From: Agathobacter sp.
GTDB lineage: Bacteria; Bacillota; Clostridia; Lachnospirales; Lachnospiraceae
Reading direction: 5' to 3'
Assembly: GCA_045628825.1 (NCBI GenBank)
Contig: JAZQQA010000047.1
Location: 9,577-73,576, forward strand
Length of the DNA stretch: 64,000 bases
The notes under the pieces are model-generated. The model ran no database searches. It was not told the DNA's origin and was given only the letters and a program-made list of their open reading frames with translations. The translations under genes and the position numbers were made by a program. This document shows positions 1-11,417 of this stretch, piece after piece (position 1 is the stretch's first letter; each line of letters starts with the position of its first letter).

Positions 1-1155
1 GATAAAATCATTGTACTAGACTTATCAGACACTGAAATCGAGCAAAAAGTAAATCTTCAAACCATCAAGCAGATCAATCGTAATCTTGATATTAAGGTTT
101 GCGCTGGTGGAAATATTAACCGCATTGATGATGTACAAAATCTTATCTATGCGGGTTGTATGCAGGTTATTCTTAACGGTGCCAAGCTAAATACAGTAGG
201 TCTAGCTGCAGAAGCAAGCAAGAAATTCGGAACAGACCGAATTCTTGTTTCCGTAAATAATGTAGACTTTTTGTTTAAATATCATAGTGATTTAGAAGAG
301 ACCATTCATGAACTTTATGTCATGAATATTGATATTATGGAGTCTGTAGAAAACATTACCAGTGTTCCTTATGTATTATTATTGGAGAACTATGATTTTG
401 ATAAAATCGTATCTATTTTGAAAAAGGAAACCATTCGAGGAATTTCAGGCCCCTTCATCAATGATGTAGATTTTGATATTTATAATTTGAAATCTATGCT
501 TTCCCGCGAAGGCATTAAGATGGATAATTTTGCACCAAGCTTAAAATGGTCAGATCTCAAATTAAATTGCGATGGAATGGTACCTGTAATCGTGCAGGAT
601 TACCGTACCGATGAGGTATTAATGCTTGCCTATATGAACGAAGAAGCATTTAATACCACAATTAACATTGGAAAAATGACTTACTGGAGCAGAAGTCGTA
701 ATGAACTCTGGACCAAGGGCTTGACCTCTGGTCATGTGCAGTATGTAAAATCCTTGACCGCAGATTGTGATTATGATACGATTCTCGCTAAAGTGTCTCA
801 GGTTGGAGCTGCTTGTCATACAGGAAGTCGTACCTGCTTCTTTAATTCAATTGTGCAAAAGCAATATGTCGAAAAGAATCCGCTTAAGGTCTTAGAGGAA
901 GTATATAAGACCATTGCAGACCGCAAGTATGAACCACAGGTAAGTTCCTATACCAATTATCTCTTAGATCAGGGAATTGATCATGTCCTCAAGAATCTAG
1001 GAGAAGAGTGCATTGAAATTGTAATCGCTGCCAAAAATCCAGATTCAGAGGAGCTCAAATACGAAATTACCGATTTCCTCTATAACTGTATGGTATTAAT
1101 GGTAGAAAAAGGCGTAACATGGGAAGACATCACCAATGAGCTTGCCCAAAGATAA
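1..1155 (+). CDS. hisIE: HisF/HisA-like N-terminal domain fused to phosphoribosyl-AMP cyclohydrolase/phosphoribosyl-ATP pyrophosphatase (5'-partial)
   Basis: Frame is open from base 1 ([10 protein letters not shown]...VCAGGNI); HisI motifs YWSRSR, DCDYDT, GAACHTG; HisE motif SYTNYL..LGEE. Confidence 0.9.
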   Translation, partial: DKIIVLDLSDTEIEQKVNLQTIKQINRNLDIKVCAGGNINRIDDVQNLIYAGCMQVILNGAKLNTVGLAAEASKKFGTDRILVSVNNVDFLFKYHSDLEETIHELYVMNIDIMESVENITSVPYVLLLENYDFDKIVSILKKETIRGISGPFINDVDFDIYNLKSMLSREGIKMDNFAPSLKWSDLKLNCDGMVPVIVQDYRTDEVLMLAYMNEEAFNTTINIGKMTYWSRSRNELWTKGLTSGHVQYVKSLTADCDYDTILAKVSQVGAACHTGSRTCFFNSIVQKQYVEKNPLKVLEEVYKTIADRKYEPQVSSYTNYLLDQGIDHVLKNLGEECIEIVIAAKNPDSEELKYEITDFLYNCMVLMVEKGVTWEDITNELAQR

Positions 1156-1166
1156 GAGGATAAATT

Positions 1167-3032
1167 GTGAATAAACTAGCATTAAGTGACGAGATACTCA
1201 TGCAGATTACCAATCCTGCACGATATATCGGCAACGAATTAAATTCCATTGTAAAAGATCCAAAGAAAGTGGATCTTCGCGTGGTAATGTGTTTTCCAGA
1301 TGTATATGAAATCGGAATGAGCCATCTTGGAATACAAATTTTATATGATATGTTTAATAGACGCGACGACATTTGGTGCGAACGCGTCTATTCTCCGTGG
1401 CCTGATTTACATGCCATTATGAAGGAGAAGCATATTCCTTTATTTGGTCTTGAAAGTCAGACCCCTGTAAAAAATGCAGATTTCCTTGGTATTACCTTAC
1501 AATATGAGATGTGTTATACCAATATTCTGCAAATATTAGATCTTTCTCAAATTCCATTCCTTGCAAAAGAGAGAACAGAAGAGCACCCACTTGTTATGGG
1601 AGGAGGCCCTTGTGCCTATAATCCTGAACCAATCGCAGATTTCTTTGACTTCTTTTATATTGGGGAAGGTGAAGTTGTATATGATCAAGTATTTGATACT
1701 TACAAGGAATTAAAGGCTGCTGGAAAATCTCGAGCAGAGATTCTTCGTGCCCTAAGTCATATTGAAGGAATCTATGTGCCATCTTTATATGAGGTAACAT
1801 ACAATGAAGACGGAACCATTGCAGATTTTTCGCCAAAATATGAGGATGTTCCAGCTAGCGTAAAAAAACAGGTACAGGTAGACTTAAATCATGCGACCTA
1901 TCCACGCAAGCCTGTAGTACCTTTTTTAAAGGCTATTCAGGACCGTATGGTACTAGAAATTCAGCGTGGATGTATTCGTGGCTGTCGTTTCTGTCAGGCA
2001 GGCATGATTTATCGTCCAAATCGTGAGAAGAATGTAGAATATCTAAAGGATATTGCAAGAGATATGATTGAATTCACAGGATATGACGAGATTTCCCTTT
2101 CTTCCCTTTCTTCATCCGATTTTAAGGAGCTTCCAGAGCTTCTTGACTTTCTTATGGAAGAATGTAAGGAAAAGAAAATTAATATCTCTTTGCCAAGTCT
2201 TCGTATTGATGCGTTTTCTCTTGATGTTATGAGTAAGGTGCAGGATGTAAAAAAATCAAGTCTTACGTTTGCTCCTGAAGCCGGATCACAAAGAATGCGT
2301 AATGTCATCAACAAGGGGCTTACCATTGACAATATTATGAATGGCTCCGAAGAAGCATTTCGTGGTGGTTGGAATAAGGTAAAACTTTACTTTATGCTTG
2401 GACTTCCTACCGAGACAGAAGAAGATATGAAGGCAATCCCAGAGCTTGCAAACGATATTGCGGCTCTATACTATGATACGGTTCCAAAGGAACAACGCCA
2501 GGGAAAAGTTCAGGTTACTATTAGTACCTCTTTCTTTGTTCCAAAGCCTTTTACCCCATTCCAATGGGCACCAATGTATGAACCAGACAATTACCTTGGA
2601 AGAGCAAAAATTGTCAATGATCATGTAAAAGAAATGTTAAACCATAAGAGCATCCGCTATATGTGGCATCAGGCCGATGTTACTGTTCTTGAGGGACTTC
2701 TTGCTAGAGGAGATCGAAAGGTTGCAAAAACCATTCAGTACGTTTATGAGCATGGTGGTATTTTTGATGCATGGGGCGAATACTTTAACTATGCTTTATG
2801 GCAGGAAGCATTTGAAGCAACTGATGTTAGCTTAGAATTCTATGCCTATCGTGAAAGACCTTTAGATGAAGTACTTCCATGGGATTTTATTGATATTGGT
2901 GTTACCAAAGAATTCATGAAACGTCAGTGGAAGACAGCTATGGAAGAGACCGTTACTCCAAACTGTAGAATGAAATGTTCTGGTTGTGGTGCTATGGCTT
3001 ACGGAGGAGGTGTGTGTCATGATCAAAATTAG
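1167..3032 (+). CDS. TIGR03960-like B12-binding radical SAM protein
   Basis: GTG start with RBS; FPDVYEIGMS N-terminus; RGCIRGCRFC (CxxxCxxC); C-terminal CxxxCxxCG. Confidence 0.9.
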   Translation: MNKLALSDEILMQITNPARYIGNELNSIVKDPKKVDLRVVMCFPDVYEIGMSHLGIQILYDMFNRRDDIWCERVYSPWPDLHAIMKEKHIPLFGLESQTPVKNADFLGITLQYEMCYTNILQILDLSQIPFLAKERTEEHPLVMGGGPCAYNPEPIADFFDFFYIGEGEVVYDQVFDTYKELKAAGKSRAEILRALSHIEGIYVPSLYEVTYNEDGTIADFSPKYEDVPASVKKQVQVDLNHATYPRKPVVPFLKAIQDRMVLEIQRGCIRGCRFCQAGMIYRPNREKNVEYLKDIARDMIEFTGYDEISLSSLSSSDFKELPELLDFLMEECKEKKINISLPSLRIDAFSLDVMSKVQDVKKSSLTFAPEAGSQRMRNVINKGLTIDNIMNGSEEAFRGGWNKVKLYFMLGLPTETEEDMKAIPELANDIAALYYDTVPKEQRQGKVQVTISTSFFVPKPFTPFQWAPMYEPDNYLGRAKIVNDHVKEMLNHKSIRYMWHQADVTVLEGLLARGDRKVAKTIQYVYEHGGIFDAWGEYFNYALWQEAFEATDVSLEFYAYRERPLDEVLPWDFIDIGVTKEFMKRQWKTAMEETVTPNCRMKCSGCGAMAYGGGVCHDQN

Positions 3033-3747
3033 AGTAAAATTCCGCAAATGGGGTGTTATGAAATTTGTGGGACATCTTGATATGATGCGCTATTTTCAGA
3101 AAGCGATTCGAAGAGCACATATTGATATTTGTTATTCGGAAGGTTTTAGTCCACATCAAATCATGTCATTTGCTGCTCCACTTGGAGTAGGAATTACAAG
3201 CGATGGCGAATACTTTGACATTGAAGTAAATGATACAATTTCTTCAGCCGATGCAATAAAAGCGCTCAATGACACTATGGTCGATGGAATTGAAGTCACC
3301 GGCTATGTCAAGCTTCCAGAAAAAGCAAAAACTGCGATGGCTATTGTTGCAGCTGCAGATTATACCTTAACCTACAAGGAAGGCTATGAAAATCCTTTTT
3401 CCTATGAGGAATGGGTCAAGATTATTGAAAAAGAGTTTATAAGTAAGGAATCCTTTTCTATTGTAAAAAAGACCAAAAAGAGCGAACGTGAAATTGATTT
3501 AAAACCGCTTGTATATGCTTTTGAAGTACGAAAGGAAAATGATCAGCCAGTATTTTATATCAAGCTTTCAACTGGTAGTACCGACAATATTAAACCAGAA
3601 TTGGTATTACAATCCATCATGGAAAAAGTAGATATGGTATACAATGAAAATGCCATCCAGATTCATCGAATTGATGTCTATGCCAAAGACGAAGAAACTG
3701 GAGCGTTTGTATCTCTTTTAGATATGGGAGAAAACATAGAATCATGA
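3019..3747 (+). CDS. TIGR03936/DUF2344 radical SAM-linked protein
   Basis: GGAGG RBS before ATG 3019; GHLD..R and YSEGFSPH motifs; overlaps the radical SAM gene. Confidence 0.85.
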   Translation: MIKIRVKFRKWGVMKFVGHLDMMRYFQKAIRRAHIDICYSEGFSPHQIMSFAAPLGVGITSDGEYFDIEVNDTISSADAIKALNDTMVDGIEVTGYVKLPEKAKTAMAIVAAADYTLTYKEGYENPFSYEEWVKIIEKEFISKESFSIVKKTKKSEREIDLKPLVYAFEVRKENDQPVFYIKLSTGSTDNIKPELVLQSIMEKVDMVYNENAIQIHRIDVYAKDEETGAFVSLLDMGENIES

Positions 3748-4955
3748 ATCGTCTTGCATTAACTACCATAACAAGACAAAACAAATCCTTCATTGGAGAA
3801 ATTCTTTTGGATGAAAATCGAAATTTTCTGGATTTTCAATTATATGAATCCGAAGAGTCCACAATGATGAATCATATTTACGTTGCAAGGGTCGAGGATA
3901 TTGTCAAAAATATCCATGCGGCCTTTGTTCGCGTTTCCAAGGATATGAAATGCTATTTGCCTTTGGATGATTTGGTGGCACCAATCTATACCAAAAAATT
4001 GTCAAAATCCAAGGAATTATGCGTTGGGGATGAGCTTTTAGTTCAAGTCATTCGTGATGCTGTAAAAACAAAAGATCCCGTTGTAACAACCAAACTCACC
4101 ATCCATGGAAAGGGTGTTTTACTTACAACAGAAAATTGTTCTATCGGTATTTCAAGCAAAATTACAGGCGAAAAAAGGCAGGAATTATCCGACTGGTTGA
4201 ATGATGTGGTAAAAAGCCAATGGCCGGAATCAACATTAGAAGATAATGGAAGAGATTTCGGTTTATTACTTCGCACCATCGCAGGTGATATGGAATTATC
4301 TGATTTACAGCAGGATATCATGGATACCATCTATTGTTTCCAAAAAATAAAAGAATCCGCAGTACATTTATCTGCTTTTTCCCTTATGTATCAGGAAGCA
4401 CCTGCATACATATCAAGAATTAAGTCTTTACAACAGGGTGAGATTGACCAGGTTTTAACAGATTCACAAGAAATTTATGACCAGATCATACGACAAATTC
4501 CAAATGTTTCTGAGAAATGTAATCTATATACCGATGAAGCAATTAGCCTTAATCGTTTATATAAAATCGATACTACTTTAGATGAATTATTAGACAAAAG
4601 AGTATGGCTTAAATCTGGGGCTAATATTATCATTGAACAGCTTGAAACCTTAACCTTTATTGATGTCAATACAGCCAAAAATCAATCAAAAAAGAGTGAT
4701 GCAATACTTGCTGTCAATCTTGAAGCCGCTTCAGAAGTAGCAAGACAGCTACGTCTTCGCAACATATCTGGCATGATATTAGTTGATTTCATTAATATGA
4801 CTGCAGAAGATGAAGAAAAACTCATGCATCACTTAAAGGCTGAACTGAAAAAAGATACGGTTTCCTGTCATTTTATCGATTTTACAAAGCTTGGGCTTGC
4901 AGAAATTACAAGAAAAAAAGTTTATCGATCCTTGAAAGAAATCGTCGCAAAATAA
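3744..4955 (+). CDS. rng: Ribonuclease E/G family protein
   Basis: S1-like region, IDVN, RQLRLRNISGMILVDFI, TKLGLAEITRK. Confidence 0.88.
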   Translation: MNRLALTTITRQNKSFIGEILLDENRNFLDFQLYESEESTMMNHIYVARVEDIVKNIHAAFVRVSKDMKCYLPLDDLVAPIYTKKLSKSKELCVGDELLVQVIRDAVKTKDPVVTTKLTIHGKGVLLTTENCSIGISSKITGEKRQELSDWLNDVVKSQWPESTLEDNGRDFGLLLRTIAGDMELSDLQQDIMDTIYCFQKIKESAVHLSAFSLMYQEAPAYISRIKSLQQGEIDQVLTDSQEIYDQIIRQIPNVSEKCNLYTDEAISLNRLYKIDTTLDELLDKRVWLKSGANIIIEQLETLTFIDVNTAKNQSKKSDAILAVNLEAASEVARQLRLRNISGMILVDFINMTAEDEEKLMHHLKAELKKDTVSCHFIDFTKLGLAEITRKKVYRSLKEIVAK

Positions 4956-4968
4956 TGTATTTTTCTTG

Positions 4969-4997
4969 TTGACATAGTACTTGTCAAATGTTATTAT
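4969..4997 (+). promoter_or_regulatory. SigA promoter of the rplU operon
   Basis: TTGACA-17bp-TATTAT with extended -10 TG. Confidence 0.75.
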
Positions 4998-5002
4998 ATC
5001 TG

Positions 5003-5068
5003 AGTATGCCGCACAGTGGGGTTTAAAGTCTGCCCATTTTTAAGGATAGACACCGTAACTGGCGAGTA
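5003..5068 (+). ncRNA. L21 leader (ribosomal protein leader RNA)
   Basis: TATGCCGCAC...ACCGTAACTGGCGAGT ends typical of the Firmicute L21 leader; lies between the promoter and rplU. Confidence 0.75.
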
Positions 5069-5091
5069 ATGATAAAAAGGAGGACTAGACC

Positions 5092-5400
5092 ATGTACGCA
5101 ATTATTGCAACAGGTGGTAAGCAGTACAAAGTTTCTGAAGGCGATATCATTACCATTGAAAAGCTTGGAGTTGAGGCTGGTGAAAAGGTAACTTTTGATC
5201 AGGTTTTAGCTGTAGCTGGTGACGAGATGAAGGTTGGTAATCCAACTGTAGCTGGAGCTACCGTTGAGGCTTCTGTAGTAAAAGAAGGCCGCGGTAAGAA
5301 GGTTATCGTTTACAAGTACAAGAGAAAGACTGGCTATCACAACAAGAACGGCCACAGACAGGCGTTCACTCAGGTTAAGATCGAGAAGATCAACGCTTAA
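5092..5400 (+). CDS. rplU: 50S ribosomal protein L21
   Basis: [14 protein letters not shown]...GHRQ. Confidence 0.98.
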   Translation: MYAIIATGGKQYKVSEGDIITIEKLGVEAGEKVTFDQVLAVAGDEMKVGNPTVAGATVEASVVKEGRGKKVIVYKYKRKTGYHNKNGHRQAFTQVKIEKINA

Positions 5401-5417
5401 TCTTATAGGTAATTGTT

Positions 5418-5747
5418 ATGATTCAAATAACGATTCTTGAAGATGAAACGGAACAAATAGTAGGACTTCATTGTATTGGTCATTCTGGCTATGCAGAAGA
5501 AGGTAGCGATATCATTTGTGCAGGTGTATCTGCTTTGGTTGTGAATTGTATTAATTCTATTGAAGCATTTACGAGTAACACATTTGAAATTGAGACTGAA
5601 GCAGAATCCGGACTGATTCATATGACTTTGAACGAAGCTCCTACCAGTGAGACTACGTTGTTAGTCGATTCTATGATCCTTGGATTACAAGGAATACAAA
5701 ATGATTATGGGAATGAGTATCTCATTCTAGATTTCAAGGAGGTGTAA
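5418..5747 (+). CDS. prp: Ribosomal-processing cysteine protease Prp (YsxB)
   Basis: [15 protein letters not shown] motif; lies between rplU and rpmA. Confidence 0.92.
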   Translation: MIQITILEDETEQIVGLHCIGHSGYAEEGSDIICAGVSALVVNCINSIEAFTSNTFEIETEAESGLIHMTLNEAPTSETTLLVDSMILGLQGIQNDYGNEYLILDFKEV

Positions 5748-5751
5748 AGAC

Positions 5752-7397
<1,646 letters not shown>

Positions 7398-7406
7398 GGA
7401 GTCGCT

Positions 7407-7706
7407 ATGAAATTATCAAGTAAGCAAAGAGCGTATCTTGGATCCCTTGCTAGCAATATGGATGCAATTTTCCATGTAGGAAAAGCTAGCCTTACTCCAG
7501 AGATTGTAGAAGCTCTTGACGCAGCTTTAGAGAAAAGAGAATTAATCAAGGTTGCAGTATTAAAGAATTGCATCGACGATCCAAAAATCATTGCAGAAGC
7601 AATTTCAGAACGTACACATTCTGAAGTTGTTAAGGTAATTGGTAAGAAGATGATTTTCTATCGTCCAAATAAGAAGAATCCAAAAATCAATTTACCAGAA
7701 TCATAA
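7407..7706 (+). CDS. yhbY: Ribosome assembly RNA-binding protein YhbY (CRM domain)
   Basis: LSSKQRAYL, RELIKV, IGK motifs; synteny. Confidence 0.93.
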   Translation: MKLSSKQRAYLGSLASNMDAIFHVGKASLTPEIVEALDAALEKRELIKVAVLKNCIDDPKIIAEAISERTHSEVVKVIGKKMIFYRPNKKNPKINLPES

Positions 7707-7717
7707 AGGAATCTTTT

Positions 7718-8320
7718 ATGAAGATAGGAATCTTAGGTGGATCATTTGATCCAATGCATTATGGTCATCTCAACATGGCCAAAAGAGCAAAAGAAGAGTA
7801 TGACTTAGATATCGTATATATTATGCCTGCAGGACATTCTCCTAATAAGGATGAATCACAAATGACAGATGCAATACATCGCGTTCGTATGTGTGAACTC
7901 ATGATCCAAGAAGAGGATGGACTAAAAATCTCTACCTACGAAGTGGACAAAGCTGAGCGTAGCTATACCTATATCACATTATCTGATTTTAAGGATAAAT
8001 TTCCAGATGATGAACTCTACTTTATTATGGGAGCAGATTCCTTGGATTATTTTGATTGTTGGAAAAATCCAGATATTATTTGTCAAAAGGCTATTGTCTT
8101 GGTTGTAAATCGTGGAGATTTTAAGGAAAAAGATTTACTTCATAAGATAGAAGAAATCAATGCACTATTTCCTGCAGATATACGTATTGTTCACTGTGAA
8201 AAGACAAATATTTCTTCTAGCGAGATACGAAGTCGACTAAAAAGCAATCAAAGCTTAGAAGGTATTTTGCCAATACAGATTCTAGCCTATATCAAAGAAC
8301 ATCATTTATATCATTTATAG
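7718..8320 (+). CDS. nadD: Nicotinate-nucleotide adenylyltransferase
   Basis: GGSFDPMHYGH, FIMGADS, ISSSEIR. Confidence 0.95.
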   Translation: MKIGILGGSFDPMHYGHLNMAKRAKEEYDLDIVYIMPAGHSPNKDESQMTDAIHRVRMCELMIQEEDGLKISTYEVDKAERSYTYITLSDFKDKFPDDELYFIMGADSLDYFDCWKNPDIICQKAIVLVVNRGDFKEKDLLHKIEEINALFPADIRIVHCEKTNISSSEIRSRLKSNQSLEGILPIQILAYIKEHHLYHL

Positions 8321-8328
8321 AGGTTCCT

Positions 8329-8916
8329 ATGGACATTCAAGAAATTCGTAAGAAAGTCAAAAAAGAACTAGATAAAGAACGATATGAGCATACAAAAGGT
8401 GTTATGTATACCGCAGCTTGTCTAGCAATGGCCCATGAAGCCAATATTGAACAGGCTATGCTTGCTGGTCTATTACATGATTGTGCCAAAAATGTTCCAA
8501 ATGATAAGAAAATCAAGATATGTGAAGAGCACGCTATCTTAATCACAGAGGTAGAAAGAAATAATCCTACTTTACTCCATGCAAAAGTAGGTGCATTATT
8601 TGCAAACACCATATACGAGGTAACAGATCCAGCAATCCTTCACGCGATTAAGGTCCATACAACTGGCGAGCCAGATATGAGTTTATTAGATAAAATCATT
8701 TTTATCGCAGATTATATCGAGCCCAAAAGAGACAAAGCTGAACATCTTGATATCATTCGCAAATTGGCTTTTGAAGACTTAGATGCATGTATCGCAGAAA
8801 TTCTTTACGATACTTTACATTATCTTTCTACAAAGACTGGAGCGATTGATCCTACAACACAATTAACCTATGAATTTTATAAACCATACGAAAGGGAGCA
8901 GGAATGGAAGCATTAG
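8329..8916 (+). CDS. yqeK: Ap4A hydrolase YqeK (HD domain)
   Basis: RYEHT, LLHDCAK, HTTG, IADYIEP. Confidence 0.93.
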   Translation: MDIQEIRKKVKKELDKERYEHTKGVMYTAACLAMAHEANIEQAMLAGLLHDCAKNVPNDKKIKICEEHAILITEVERNNPTLLHAKVGALFANTIYEVTDPAILHAIKVHTTGEPDMSLLDKIIFIADYIEPKRDKAEHLDIIRKLAFEDLDACIAEILYDTLHYLSTKTGAIDPTTQLTYEFYKPYEREQEWKH

Positions 8917-9254
8917 AATTAGTAAAGCTTGCTGTAGCAGCATTAGAAGATAAGAAAGCAGAAGATATCTCTGTCATTGATATTTCTGAGGTTTCTACGA
9001 TTGCTGATTACTTTATTATTGCGAATGCCGCAAACCAAAATCAAATTGCAGCTATGCAGGATGCAGTCGATGAAGCAATGTATAAAAACGGTGTACACGC
9101 AAAACAAATTGAAGGAAATCGTAATTCCACTTGGATACTAATCGATTACGAAGATGTGATTGTACATCTTTTCTCAAGAGAGGATCGTTTATTCTATGAT
9201 TTAGATCGTATCTGGAGAGATGGAAAACAGATATCATTGGATGAGCTTCGCTAA
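8904..9254 (+). CDS. rsfS: Ribosome silencing factor
   Basis: LEDKKAEDI, WILIDY.DVIVHLF, R.FYDL. Confidence 0.95.
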   Translation: MEALELVKLAVAALEDKKAEDISVIDISEVSTIADYFIIANAANQNQIAAMQDAVDEAMYKNGVHAKQIEGNRNSTWILIDYEDVIVHLFSREDRLFYDLDRIWRDGKQISLDELR

Positions 9255-9272
9255 AACAGAAAAGTGATTTAT

Positions 9273-9308
9273 AAAAAAGAACTGCAGAAAACTGCAGTTC
9301 TTTTCTTT
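9273..9308. terminator. Bidirectional terminator between rsfS and lexA
   Basis: A-tract, GAACTGCAG-AAAA-CTGCAGTTC, T-tract. Confidence 0.85.
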
Positions 9309-9324
9309 ATCAATAATATGATTG

Positions 9325-9939
9325 TTAAAAGAATCGGAAAACACCAAAAACCTTACCAAGGATTTCACAATCAGGAACAAAAATAGGGTCCATTGTATCA
9401 TTCTCTGGCTGAAGTCGAATGTGATCACCCTCTTTATAAAATGTCTTAACTGTTGCAGAGTCATCAACCAACGCAACAACAATTTCACCATTACGAGCAG
9501 TAGACTGCTTCTCAACCAAAATCTGATCCCCATCAAAAATACCAACATTAATCATGCTTTCTCCTTTTACACGAAGCATAAAGGTCTCTGCATTTGGCAT
9601 ATATTCAACAGGAACAGGAAAATATGTCTCAACATTCTCAATTGCAAGAATTGGTTCACCCGCAGCAACGCGACCAACCAATGGTACATTCACAAGCTCA
9701 CGTCTAGTCAAATTAAAATTCTCATCAATAATTTCAATTGCACGAGGCTTCGTAGGGTCACGTCGAATATATCCATTCTTTTCCAAAGTTTCAAGATGTG
9801 AATGAACAGAAGAAGTAGATTTCAAATCCACCGCATCACAAATGTCACGAACCGTAGGTGGGTATCCTTTACTAAGAATTTCAGACTTAATATATTCAAG
9901 AATCTCTTTCTGCTTTACTGTAATTTTGCCATAAGCCAT
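9325..9939 (-). CDS. lexA: SOS repressor LexA
   Basis: [18 protein letters not shown] cleavage site, GESM, TVK; start 9939 chosen by RBS GGAGG. Confidence 0.97.
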   Translation of the reverse strand: MAYGKITVKQKEILEYIKSEILSKGYPPTVRDICDAVDLKSTSSVHSHLETLEKNGYIRRDPTKPRAIEIIDENFNLTRRELVNVPLVGRVAAGEPILAIENVETYFPVPVEYMPNAETFMLRVKGESMINVGIFDGDQILVEKQSTARNGEIVVALVDDSATVKTFYKEGDHIRLQPENDTMDPIFVPDCEILGKVFGVFRFF

Positions 9940-9986
9940 ATATGATTTCCTCCCAAAAAGCATATGTGATTTCTTTTTCTAAATTA

Positions 9987-10015
9987 ATAGTAGCATAAGA
10001 AAATCCAAAAAGCAA
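9987..10015 (-). promoter_or_regulatory. lexA promoter
   Basis: TTGCTT-17-TACTAT with extended TG on the minus strand; -35 overlapped by an SOS-box-like AAAC-N4-ATTC. Confidence 0.55.
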
Positions 10016-10119
10016 ACATATATTCCGAAAATTTGTTCGATTTTTCTGTTGACAAACATTTGTTCTTATTATATAACTAATATATAGAAACCGAACAGCC
10101 GTTCGCGAACATTTATTCG
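10014..10119. promoter_or_regulatory. Cluster of LexA (Cheo/SOS) boxes and the yneA promoter
   Basis: Perfect CGAAC-AGCC-GTTCG at 10092-10105; variants at 10014, 10027, 10054, 10107; TTGACA(10049)-17-TATAAC. Confidence 0.85.
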
Positions 10120-10156
10120 CTTTATAATATGAATTATCATTTTGGAGGAGAGCATT

Positions 10157-10537
10157 ATGAGTAGAGCATATAACCCAAGAATTTCAAAAGCAGCTAACGC
10201 AGCACTTGATCGTAGATATCGTAAAGTACAGATGCAGCGCTTTATGCTTGCAACAGCAATTGTTGTTGTTATTTCTCTTATCGTTTTTCTTTCTTCAACT
10301 ATGAAGGCATTTGCTGGTAGCACCCAAGAAGATTTACCTAAACACAAATATTACAAGAGCATGGTTGTTGAAAAAGGGGATACTCTTTGGGACATCGCAA
10401 TTGAGAATACAAAGGATACCGATATTGACATCAATGCATATATGAATGAAGTAAAATCAATGAACAATCTCTATTTAGATGAGATTCATGCTGGTCAATC
10501 TTTAATCGTTGCATATTATTCAACAGATGTACGCTAA
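10157..10537 (+). CDS. yneA: YneA-like LysM SOS cell-division inhibitor
   Basis: Single TM helix plus LysM (V.KGDTLWDIA...I.AGQ.L); divergent from lexA behind SOS boxes. Confidence 0.8.
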   Translation: MSRAYNPRISKAANAALDRRYRKVQMQRFMLATAIVVVISLIVFLSSTMKAFAGSTQEDLPKHKYYKSMVVEKGDTLWDIAIENTKDTDIDINAYMNEVKSMNNLYLDEIHAGQSLIVAYYSTDVR

Positions 10538-10562
10538 GGAATCTTTCAATCGAATACAACAA

Positions 10563-10614
10563 TTGAAAAATCTCTCCTTTTTCTTTATAATAATAAGGAC
10601 AAAGGAGAGATTTT
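10563..10614 (+). promoter_or_regulatory. plsC promoter inside an RBS-sequestering inverted repeat
   Basis: TTGAAA-17-TATAAT; perfect 14-bp IR 10567-10580/10601-10614 whose right arm is the RBS. Confidence 0.7.
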
Positions 10615-11346
10615 ATGCTTAACTTTTTATATGTTATATTTATGAATTTCTTTCGTGCTCCATTTATGATATCAAAAATGCGTTATCATGCGGATCACCC
10701 TGAAAAATATACAGAAGAAGAGCGTTATCGTCTTGCACAGCAGGCGGTTCATTATATGAATCATTCTGGCAAGATTACTACTATAGCAGTTGGAACGGAA
10801 AACCTACCAGAAGAAGGCGGTTACATTATGTTTCCGAACCACCAAGGCAAATATGATGTAAATGGGATTGTATTTACCCACGAGAAGCCTTGTTCATTTG
10901 TTATGGACAAGAATAAGTCATACACCATACTCGTTCGAGAATTTATTGATTTATTGCAAGGAAAGCGCCTAGAAATCGACAATCCTCGCCAGGGAATTGT
11001 CATTATCAACGCTGTGGCAAAAGCTGTTTCGGAAGGAAAGCGTTATATCTTGTTTCCGGAAGGTGGATACAAGTTCAATAATCGTAATATTATTGAAGAA
11101 TTTAAAGCTGGTAGCTTTAAGATTGCTTTAAAATCCCATGTGCCAATTATTCCTGTATGCCTTGTAGATTCTTATAAAGTATTTAATAGCTGGCACGTTG
11201 GTCCAACCACCACCTATGTATACTATCTTGAACCAATCTATTACGAAGAATACAAGGATATGAAGACACAAGAGCTTGCGGAATATGTTAAAGCACGTAT
11301 TCAAGCTAAGATGGATGAACATCTTGCAACACATCAATCTGCATAA
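10615..11346 (+). CDS. plsC: 1-acyl-sn-glycerol-3-phosphate acyltransferase
   Basis: NHQGKYD (HX4D) and FPEG motifs. Confidence 0.9.
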   Translation: MLNFLYVIFMNFFRAPFMISKMRYHADHPEKYTEEERYRLAQQAVHYMNHSGKITTIAVGTENLPEEGGYIMFPNHQGKYDVNGIVFTHEKPCSFVMDKNKSYTILVREFIDLLQGKRLEIDNPRQGIVIINAVAKAVSEGKRYILFPEGGYKFNNRNIIEEFKAGSFKIALKSHVPIIPVCLVDSYKVFNSWHVGPTTTYVYYLEPIYYEEYKDMKTQELAEYVKARIQAKMDEHLATHQSA

Positions 11347-11361
11347 TATGAAATAACATAC

Positions 11362-11398
11362 AAAAGACCAGGTCTGGATCATCCTTCCTGGTCTTTTT
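11362..11398. terminator. Bidirectional terminator between plsC and the recombinase gene
   Basis: AAAAGACCAGG...CCTGGTCTTTT. Confidence 0.75.
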
Positions 11399-11417
11399 AT
11401 TATTGTTTTATTATATG

